Sequence record: SRR22947727_5974
DNA: 32,525 nt
Reading direction: 5' to 3' (one strand)
Made by a program: the position numbers and the translations under genes. Below the pieces are notes generated by a model. The model searched no databases. It had not been told where the DNA came from and saw nothing but the letters and a program-made list of their open reading frames with translations. Below are positions 25,343 to 32,525 of this stretch, piece after piece. The stretch's first letter is position 1, and the number at the start of each line of letters is the position of its first letter.

Positions 25343-26878
25343 ATGAGTATTGATCCCAACACCCCCGTCCTGCTGGGCGCTGGGCAGGCAACAGAGCATT
25401 TAGACGATCAATTTTTAGGATTGACGCCGCAGCAACTGGGGGCCAGGGCCTGTCAGGCCGCACTGGCGGATACGGGGGCTCAAGAGACGCTCGCGACGCT
25501 AGTAGACCGACTGGCCTGTGTCAGGCTGTTCGTAGACTCGGTGCCCGAGGCGATGGCTTCAGTGATTGCCCCGTTTGGGCGCAGCACGAGCCCGCCACTG
25601 TCGATTATTCAGCAGCTGGGTTTACCCAATGCGTCTGCCATTTACTCTCGTTCCTGTGGTGACGAGCCACAGAGGCTAGTTTACGAATTGGGGAGCGCGA
25701 TTAGAGACGGTGAGATTCGGGCAGCAATGATTTGCGGCACGGAGGCGATTGCGACGTCACGCCATCTACAACGCATGGGGCAGACGGTGAACTGGGACGA
25801 AGATCCAGTGGGCCACACGGATGATCGAGGAGCGGTGATGGACCTGCTTTTCGACACTGAATTGAATCGTCACGGTGCTTTTGCGCCGGTTGATATTTAT
25901 CCATTGCAAGAACAGGCGCGCCGCGGTGAATTGGGTCTCGATAAGGCGGCCTACCGAGACCAGCTAGCGGGGTTAATGTCTCGTTTTGCGGAGGTTGCTG
26001 CGCGTAATCCTTATGCCATGTTTGAGGCGCCAGCCACGCTCGAAGCCATTCGTGACGAATCGCAAAAAAATCGGATGATCAGCGATCCGCACCTAAAATC
26101 GATGGTGGCCAAAGATGGCGTTAATCAAGCTGCTGCGCTGGTGATGACCCGGTACGAAACAGCAGAGTCGCTGGGTGTGGCGGATAGAGCTATTTTTCTC
26201 CATGGTCACGCCACAGGTTCAGAGCCAGCGGTACTTAATCGTCCATCACTCGCTCAGGCTGAGTCGATGACAGCGGCTTATCATGGGGCGCTGCGCAATG
26301 CCGGCATTGAAGCTCATCAGCTGGGCGCGATGGATTTATACTCTTGTTTTCCGATTGCGGTGTGGTGTGCAATGGACGCCTTGGGCGTCACGCTAGATGA
26401 CCCGCGCCCTTTGACGTTGACCGGGGGCCTGTCGTTTTTTGGTGGTCCCGGCAATAATTATTCGACCCATGGTATCGCCGAAATGGTGCATTGGTTGAGG
26501 GCTAGATCAGAGCCGAGTTATGGGCTTGTGGGCGCAAATGGTGGATACCTTTCCAAGCATGCAGTAGGCGTTTATGCCAATGTGAGTAGCCCTTTTCCGG
26601 AGCCTGTTAGCGAACCGGGTCCAGCCACACCTGTCGAGACGATTGAAAAGCCAGCAGGGCCTGGGCGAATAGAAAGTTACACCGTACAGCAGCAGGGTGA
26701 TAAAACGCGTGCCATCGTCGTGGGCCGGCAGTTGTCTGACGAGCGTCGTTGGGTCGGCGTAGCAGACCCTGAAGATGATGCCCTGTTGGGATGGTTCCGA
26801 GATGAAGACCCATTGGGGGCTCATGTCACCGTCCGCGCTGAGGAACGCAATATTGTCCGTCGATTGGCGGATTCCTAA
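25343..26878 (+). CDS. Thiolase-like protein (TLP1 type, often annotated acetyl-CoA acetyltransferase) with an extra C-terminal domain
   Basis: DPNTPVLLGAGQ, NRMISDP, VNQAAAL, DLYSCFP, TLTGGLSFFGGPGNNYSTH, ANGGYLSKH, C-terminal GRIESYTV. ATG 25343 lies 1 nt after the tpiA stop. Confidence 0.85.
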   Translation: MSIDPNTPVLLGAGQATEHLDDQFLGLTPQQLGARACQAALADTGAQETLATLVDRLACVRLFVDSVPEAMASVIAPFGRSTSPPLSIIQQLGLPNASAIYSRSCGDEPQRLVYELGSAIRDGEIRAAMICGTEAIATSRHLQRMGQTVNWDEDPVGHTDDRGAVMDLLFDTELNRHGAFAPVDIYPLQEQARRGELGLDKAAYRDQLAGLMSRFAEVAARNPYAMFEAPATLEAIRDESQKNRMISDPHLKSMVAKDGVNQAAALVMTRYETAESLGVADRAIFLHGHATGSEPAVLNRPSLAQAESMTAAYHGALRNAGIEAHQLGAMDLYSCFPIAVWCAMDALGVTLDDPRPLTLTGGLSFFGGPGNNYSTHGIAEMVHWLRARSEPSYGLVGANGGYLSKHAVGVYANVSSPFPEPVSEPGPATPVETIEKPAGPGRIESYTVQQQGDKTRAIVVGRQLSDERRWVGVADPEDDALLGWFRDEDPLGAHVTVRAEERNIVRRLADS

Positions 26879-26910
26879 TACCAAAATCAAATCGTTAGAG
26901 GAGTGAAGTA

Positions 26911-27684
26911 ATGGATGTAAATGGGAAAGTGGCTGTCGTAACCGGTGGCGCATCAGGTATTGGTCAAGCGGTGGCACGACGAATTGCCGGTGCGGGCGGT
27001 AAAGTGGTGATCTTTGACCTGAATGAAGAAGCCGGCAACGCGATGGTCGCCGAATTAGGCGCGGATCATTGTGTTTTCGCCAACGTTAACGTGGTGGATG
27101 AGGCTTCGGTCAAAAGTGGGATTGAGGCGGCGGTCGCGGGTTTCGGCGCCATTCACGTCTGCGTCAACTGCGCGGGCATTGGTAACGCCGCCAAGACATT
27201 AGGAAAAGACGGTCCCTTCCCCCTCGATTTATGGAACAAGGTCATCTCCATTAACTTGACCGGCAGCTTCAATGTGTTGCGCCTCTGTGCCGAAGTCATG
27301 GCAAAGAATGAGCCTGTGACCGATGATGGCGGGCGCGGTGTGATTATCAATACGGCCTCCATTGCTGCCTACGAGGGGCAAATGGGACAAGCGGCTTACA
27401 GTGCCAGTAAAGGGGGTATTGTCGGCATGACATTGCCCATTGCGAGAGATCTCTCTTCATTGGGTATCCGCGTGAATACCATCGTTCCGGGCTTAATTAA
27501 CACGCCGCTGTTTAATGGCCTGACGCCTGAATTTGTCGAGTCGCTGTCTCAGTCCGTACTGTACCCAAAGCGACTGGGCCGGCCAGAGGAGATCGCACAG
27601 CTAGCGGCGGCGATTATCGATAACGATTATATCAACGGTGAATGCATTCGAATGGATGGCGGTATCCGGATGCAGCCACGTTAG
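26911..27684 (+). CDS. 3-hydroxyacyl-CoA dehydrogenase type II (HSD17B10-like SDR)
   Basis: VTGGASGIG, VNCAGI, INL.GSFNV.RL.AE.M, RGVIINTASIAAYEGQMGQAAYSASKGGIVGMTLPIARDL, P.RLGRPEE, INGE.IRMDG.IRMQPR. Confidence 0.92.
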   Translation: MDVNGKVAVVTGGASGIGQAVARRIAGAGGKVVIFDLNEEAGNAMVAELGADHCVFANVNVVDEASVKSGIEAAVAGFGAIHVCVNCAGIGNAAKTLGKDGPFPLDLWNKVISINLTGSFNVLRLCAEVMAKNEPVTDDGGRGVIINTASIAAYEGQMGQAAYSASKGGIVGMTLPIARDLSSLGIRVNTIVPGLINTPLFNGLTPEFVESLSQSVLYPKRLGRPEEIAQLAAAIIDNDYINGECIRMDGGIRMQPR

Positions 27685-27696
27685 AGGAGAGCAACC

Positions 27697-28467
27697 ATGA
27701 CTGAAGAAGCAACTGTATTGACCGAAGCGGCAGACGGTGTCCTCGTGATTACCATTAATCGACCTGCAGCCAAAAACGCAGTAAATCGATCGGTTTCTGA
27801 GGGTATAGCCGCCGCGCTGGATAGACTAGATGCCGACGACGCACTGCGGGTCGGGGTGCTCACGGGTGCCGGTGGTACTTTTTGCGCAGGTATGGACCTG
27901 AAGGCTTTTGTCTCTGGAGAGTTTCCGCAGATTGAGGGCCGGGGCTTTGGTGGCATGACTGAGCGATCAGCGGACAAGCCGCTGATCGCCGCAGTGGAGG
28001 GCTACGCGTTGGCGGGTGGCTGCGAGTTGGCGATTGCCTGTGATTTAATCGTCGCAGCAGAGTCAGCCAAGTTTGGCATCCCTGAGGTAAAGCGAGGCTT
28101 GGTGGCAGCGGCAGGAGGGCTGGTCCGTTTGCCCTCACAAATTCCTTACCGTGTCGCAATGGAGTTGGCTTTGACAGGCGAGTTCATGGACGCGGAGCGC
28201 GCGATGGCCATGGGCTTGATCAATCACATCACGCCGCAAGGCGATGCGTTGGCAACCGCCAAAGCGTTGGCCCAACGGATTGCTGAGAACGGTCCTTTGG
28301 CCGTCAAGGTCAGTAAGGCGATCATTAAGGCGTCGCGCGACTGGAGCGAGGATGAGGCATTCGAGAAGCAAGGTGGCTACACGCAGCCTGTCTTCACCAG
28401 TGAAGATGCGATCGAGGGTGCGACCGCTTTTGCCGAGAAACGAAAGCCCGAATGGAAGGGACGTTAA
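27697..28467 (+). CDS. Enoyl-CoA hydratase/crotonase family protein
   Basis: ITINRP..KNA, FCAGMDLKAF, AAVEGYALAGGCELA..CD, FGIPEVKRGL (both catalytic Glu present), DAIEGATAFAEKRKPEWKGR. Confidence 0.93.
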   Translation: MTEEATVLTEAADGVLVITINRPAAKNAVNRSVSEGIAAALDRLDADDALRVGVLTGAGGTFCAGMDLKAFVSGEFPQIEGRGFGGMTERSADKPLIAAVEGYALAGGCELAIACDLIVAAESAKFGIPEVKRGLVAAAGGLVRLPSQIPYRVAMELALTGEFMDAERAMAMGLINHITPQGDALATAKALAQRIAENGPLAVKVSKAIIKASRDWSEDEAFEKQGGYTQPVFTSEDAIEGATAFAEKRKPEWKGR

Positions 28468-28528
28468 CAACGCACGGCTCTAGACGGCGATAACGTGACG
28501 TGATGCAGGAACGGGTAAGGAGGATGGC

Positions 28529-29623
28529 GTGAACGATGATTTCAATGTGATTCGCAAGCTACTGTCGCAGGACCTAATGCAGGTCTATGTGCGCTTGTTT
28601 CTGCTGCTAGCGATCGTTTGGTTTTGTGTTGAGACCTTCGCACCTTTCTTACCTTTGTTGCTGTGGTCGGTGATTCTTGCGGTGTCGCTTTATCCGCTGA
28701 ACGCATGGCTTGCCGGTCGTTTGCATTTGAGTGAGGGTAAGGCGGCGATTGTCTTCGTGTTGTGTGGCTTTCTGATCATCGGTGTTCCGTTAGTGACATT
28801 AGGGATTTCCCTCGCGGACCATGCTGATGAGTGGGCATTGCTGCTAACCGATCAGCAATTTACGGTGCCCGTGGCGGACCCGGCTGTGGCCGAGTGGCCG
28901 GTCATCGGTCCCGCCTTATTTGAGCTATGGGATCGCGCTCATGAAGACCTTGTTTCTGCGGTGAAGCAGATGCAGCCGCAGCTCATTGCAGGGGGCAAGG
29001 TGGTGTTCGGTGCTGTTGCCAATACAGTATTGACGTTGCTGCTGTTTCTAGTGGCGTTGGTGCTGGCCGGATTTATGATGGGTAACGCGAGCCAAGGGGA
29101 GCATCAGATTCGTCGTGTGTTGGGGACGATTGCCGACCACGAGCGCGGTGAGGAGCTTCACGCGCTGGTAGTCGCGACGGTGCGCTCTGTGTCAAACGGC
29201 GTGGTGGGGGTGGCGTTCCTGCAGGCATTGGCGTTGGGGATTGGGTTTTTGGCCTTAGACATTCCCGGAGCGAGTGTGCTCGCATTCGCGGTTTTGCTGA
29301 TAGGCGTGGTGCAATTGCCGGGGTCCCTTGTCGTGATTCCCGTGATCGCGTGGCTGTGGTTAGTGGGCGATGGGTCGCTAGTCAGCAATGTGGTTGGTAG
29401 TGTTTATTTATTCTTAGCGGGCATGGCGGATAATGTGTTGAAGCCTATCTTGCTCGGCCGCGGGGTCGAGACGCCGATGCCGATTGTATTGGTGGGGGCA
29501 TTAGGGGGGCTGGCTGCCGAGGGGTTAATCGGCCTTTTCGTCGGCGCTGTCATGTTGTCGGTGGGTTATAAGCTTCTGATGGCATGGGTCGAGCATAGTG
29601 TGGCTGAGCACGAGGCGCGCTAA
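28529..29623 (+). CDS. AI-2E family transporter
   Basis: Multi-TM; PFL..LLW.VILAVSLYPL, VAEWPVIG, DNVLKPILLGRG..TPMP..LVGALGG....GLIGLFVGAV. Confidence 0.9.
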   Translation: MNDDFNVIRKLLSQDLMQVYVRLFLLLAIVWFCVETFAPFLPLLLWSVILAVSLYPLNAWLAGRLHLSEGKAAIVFVLCGFLIIGVPLVTLGISLADHADEWALLLTDQQFTVPVADPAVAEWPVIGPALFELWDRAHEDLVSAVKQMQPQLIAGGKVVFGAVANTVLTLLLFLVALVLAGFMMGNASQGEHQIRRVLGTIADHERGEELHALVVATVRSVSNGVVGVAFLQALALGIGFLALDIPGASVLAFAVLLIGVVQLPGSLVVIPVIAWLWLVGDGSLVSNVVGSVYLFLAGMADNVLKPILLGRGVETPMPIVLVGALGGLAAEGLIGLFVGAVMLSVGYKLLMAWVEHSVAEHEAR

Positions 29624-29767
29624 ACACGCTGCGCCTCGCGCCGCTGGGTGTTTTCGATGTGATTTAGCGAGACGGCATGGATTCCCGGCCGCCTCGGCTG
29701 GTCTGACTGAGATGGTAAAGCGTAACAATGCCCTTATGATCTCTTTTCTATCAGCGGCTGCCAATTT

Positions 29768-31585
29768 ATGAAGACGATGTTGCTAGGCCCAGTATTCTGC
29801 GGGCTCTTGGTGGGAGTCTTGTTGTCCTGCTCGGCTCAGGATCATTCCGCCGTGTCAAACGTTGCGGGGTTGGACCATACGGTACGCACCACGAGTGGCA
29901 CCGTTTCTGCCGCGATGGGCCCCGAGGGCGCTCGCGTCTTCCGCGATATTCCTTTTGCGTTGCCGCCTAACGGTGACCGACGATGGCAAGCGCCTGCCGA
30001 ATTTGAGCGCGTTGATGCGATCGTTGAGCCACTCGCCGAGCCGGTGATGTGCCCTCAGCCACAGAGCCAAGCCTCGGGTCAGAACCAGGGTGAGGACGAT
30101 TATCTCGGCAGCGAGGACTGCTTGTACCTCGACATCTATGTGCCCAATGGTCAAAAAGAGACAGTGCGCTGGCCGGTCATGGTCTGGGTACATGGGGGTA
30201 GCAATCTGACGGGGCATAAGGGGACTTATGACTTTGCTCGGCTGGCTGCTCGGCAGCAGGTCGTGGTGGTGGTCATTAACTACCGACTCGGCCCGTTGGG
30301 ATGGTTTAGTCATTCGGCACTCAATGGAAGGGACCTCGACGCCCCCGCACTGGCCAATTTTGGCACGCTCGATATTATCGAGGCGTTGCGCTGGACTCAG
30401 CGCAATATCAGTGGGTTTGGTGGAGATGTAGGCAACGTGACGCTCTTTGGCGAGAGCGCCGGCGGTCGCAACGTATTCAGTTTATTGGCCTCGCCGATGG
30501 CGGATGGTTTGTTCCACCGCGCGATTGCCCAGTCCGGGCATGTGCGAAGTGTCACGCGGGCACAGGCGCACAACGCCCAGCGTCAGTATCCCAGAGTGTC
30601 GAGGGGCAGCTGGGAAGTAGTTGAAGCGCTAGGGCTAGACAACGATACGGTAAGTGCTGAAACCCTCCGCGGGGTGAGTGCGTCAGCGTTGTTGAAGTCG
30701 TATTTCGAACTGAATGATGGCCATATCCAGCCAGCGGTCATCGCCGATGGCGTGGTCATTCCCGAGGTCGGTCTACAGGCAGCGCTAGCCGAGCCGCGTT
30801 ACGCAAAAAACATTCCCGTCATGGCGGGCACTAACCGAGATGAGATTACGCTTTGGATCGGTTTAAATCGCTATTTCATTGATGTCAGTTTCCCCTTTTC
30901 CAAGCTGTTTCCAGCAAAGCTGCGCGTCAAGGATCCTGCTTTATATGAGTTTTGGGCGGACATGAGATCGCGCGGATGGAAATTGAGTGCGGTGGATGTT
31001 CCTCTCAGCGCCATGCAAGCCGCCGGATACGAGGATCTTTACGCGTATCGTTATGACTGGAATGAGCAGGCTGACAACTACCTAGTGCCGTTTTCTACTA
31101 TCTTAGGCGCGACCCATGCGAGCGAAATTGCCTTCATTATGGGGGCACCCATGTTTGGTGAGATCGGTGACTATATGTATCCAGACTCAGACTCAGCTCA
31201 GAGGATGACCGAGGTGATGATGTCAGCGTGGGGCAGTTTCGCCAGAGAGGGTGCGCCGCGTCTGCCGAATAAAATCGATTGGCCCCGCTATGAGGCGTCT
31301 CAGCCGGCATTCATGACGCTTGATAGCGGCGATGCTTTGGTATTGAGCGGCGACGTACCCACACTAGCCACACTCCTTGATCGAGTGTCCAGCAGTCAGG
31401 TGGTGTCAGAGCTCGAACGGTGTTTGTTGGTCTGGGAACTGCTCACCGCGGTAGGCACGCCCGACTATGATGCCTATGCAACCTGGGAGTCTGGGCGCTG
31501 CGCTGCCATCGACGCGCCACAGGAGCAACGTGTGATCCGCGAGGCACTAGAGGCGGAATATGGCAGCGTGTATTACCCAGAATAA
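29768..31585 (+). CDS. Type B carboxylesterase, probable lipoprotein
   Basis: Lipobox LLSC after a hydrophobic leader; FRDIPFA.PP, EDCLYL, WVHGG, INYRLGPLG, FGESAGG (Ser), GTNRDE (Glu), ATHASE (His). Confidence 0.9.
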   Translation: MKTMLLGPVFCGLLVGVLLSCSAQDHSAVSNVAGLDHTVRTTSGTVSAAMGPEGARVFRDIPFALPPNGDRRWQAPAEFERVDAIVEPLAEPVMCPQPQSQASGQNQGEDDYLGSEDCLYLDIYVPNGQKETVRWPVMVWVHGGSNLTGHKGTYDFARLAARQQVVVVVINYRLGPLGWFSHSALNGRDLDAPALANFGTLDIIEALRWTQRNISGFGGDVGNVTLFGESAGGRNVFSLLASPMADGLFHRAIAQSGHVRSVTRAQAHNAQRQYPRVSRGSWEVVEALGLDNDTVSAETLRGVSASALLKSYFELNDGHIQPAVIADGVVIPEVGLQAALAEPRYAKNIPVMAGTNRDEITLWIGLNRYFIDVSFPFSKLFPAKLRVKDPALYEFWADMRSRGWKLSAVDVPLSAMQAAGYEDLYAYRYDWNEQADNYLVPFSTILGATHASEIAFIMGAPMFGEIGDYMYPDSDSAQRMTEVMMSAWGSFAREGAPRLPNKIDWPRYEASQPAFMTLDSGDALVLSGDVPTLATLLDRVSSSQVVSELERCLLVWELLTAVGTPDYDAYATWESGRCAAIDAPQEQRVIREALEAEYGSVYYPE

Positions 31586-31591
31586 GCGGTC

Positions 31592-32242
31592 ATGGCAGTG
31601 AGCAATCCTCCTCCCTTGGCGGATAGTTATGTCATTGCCATTGCAGGTGGGTCGGGTAGCGGCAAGTCGACCTTAGCCAACGCATTGGCGTCAGAGCTGG
31701 GCTCGTCATTTGCCACGGTGTTGGCGGTTGACGCGTACTACCATGACCTCGCGCATCTTTCATTGACGGAGCGCGAGCGAACCAACTTCGATCATCCTGA
31801 TGCATTGGACCTAGCGCTGTTTGAACAGCACGTGTTGGCTTTGAAGGCGGGGCAGACGATACAGCAGCCTTGTTATGACTTTGGGACGCACTGTCGGCAG
31901 GCACAGACGACAGAGATCATCCCTCGCAAATGGATGGTGGTAGAAGGTATTTTGGTCACCGCCACGGCATCATTGCGCGCCTTATACGATCAAGTGATTT
32001 ACGTGGAAGCAGACCGCACCGTACGCTGGCAACGGCGCCTGCTGCGCGATCAGAGAGATCGGGGCCGCGACGAAGCATCGATTGCGCGATTTTGGGCTCG
32101 GGCGGAAGACACGTTTATGACGCAGGGATCGACCGCGAGCCAGTATGCTCATCTAATCATTTCTGGTGAGCAAGCACTGGACGCCAATGTGCGACACATT
32201 ATGAAGGTCATCTGTGGGAGTGACCTCAGTAGCTCCCAATAA
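31592..32242 (+). CDS. udk: Uridine kinase family protein
   Basis: IAIAGGSGSGKST, DAYYHD, NFDHPDA.D, YDF.TH.R, VVEGI, RRLLRD..DRGR. Confidence 0.82.
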   Translation: MAVSNPPPLADSYVIAIAGGSGSGKSTLANALASELGSSFATVLAVDAYYHDLAHLSLTERERTNFDHPDALDLALFEQHVLALKAGQTIQQPCYDFGTHCRQAQTTEIIPRKWMVVEGILVTATASLRALYDQVIYVEADRTVRWQRRLLRDQRDRGRDEASIARFWARAEDTFMTQGSTASQYAHLIISGEQALDANVRHIMKVICGSDLSSSQ

Positions 32243-32257
32243 ATCTTTCTCTTCTGT

Positions 32258-32525
32258 CTCGAATGCTACCTGTGTTGTCCCATCCCGGTAGGGCGTCTTC
32301 AGGGTATAGACCACCTTGCCGGTGGAGCTGAGTGAGAGGCGGGGAACGGCTCCGGCGGGGCGAGCAATATACCTACACAAGCGCTCGCGCTTGTCTTTTT
32401 GCGTTCCTTCGCAGCTCACCCCCGGGTGCAGGGAGAACCCATTTGGCTTGGCCACTCGCTCCAGTCCGGGGTCAGGCCGGTTTAGCGGGCGGATAGTGCG
32501 AATCATGAAGGCCTTGCGCCCTTGC
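32258..32525 (-). mobile_element. Truncated IS91/ISCR-family rolling-circle transposase fragment (continues beyond the window end)
   Basis: QGRKAF..., GFSLHPGV, ERLCRYIARPA, YTLKTPYRDGTTQVAFE. Similarity stops abruptly after FE, where PLDFIARLAALVP is expected. Confidence 0.85.

Noticed and set aside
376-32169. Numerous short antisense or alternate-frame ORFs in the six-frame track
   Set aside because: They lie within well-supported genes and have no recognisable motifs, as expected for shadow ORFs in GC-rich DNA.
32153-32257. C-terminal part of the 117-aa transposase ORF overlapping udk
   Set aside because: It is read-through into unrelated sequence after the truncation point.
1-32525. CRISPR arrays, tRNA/rRNA genes, prophage or defence genes
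   Set aside because: No regularly spaced repeats, cloverleaf signatures or matching proteins were seen by eye.

Overview
Gene-dense bacterial DNA of moderately high GC. By gene style it is probably a marine gammaproteobacterium such as OM60/NOR5-Halieaceae (inference only). The left end holds a complete coenzyme F420 biosynthesis cluster (cofE-cofD-cofC, fbiC). Directly after it come a 156-aa NTF2/SnoaL-fold protein that closely resembles the lindane dehydrochlorinase LinA, with the catalytic Asp/His/Arg retained, and an SDR. Next are a cytochrome c-fused PQQ dehydrogenase and a divergent module resembling the P. putida levulinate (lva) and ACAD10/11 4-hydroxy-acid pathway: Asp-type ACAD, SDR, APH kinase and CoA ligase, extended by a TetR regulator, a serine hydrolase and a luciferase-like oxidoreductase. 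The middle has a PaaI thioesterase, a ModF-like ATPase, a gcdH pseudogene with three lesions, a YeiH-type exporter, gabD, two flavin reductases, dienelactone hydrolase and sseA. The right part has tpiA joined to a beta-oxidation-like operon, an AI-2E transporter, a lipoprotein carboxylesterase, uridine kinase and a truncated IS91/ISCR-family transposase. No rRNA, tRNA or CRISPR array was seen. All family assignments come from motif recognition and recalled reference sequences, not database searches.
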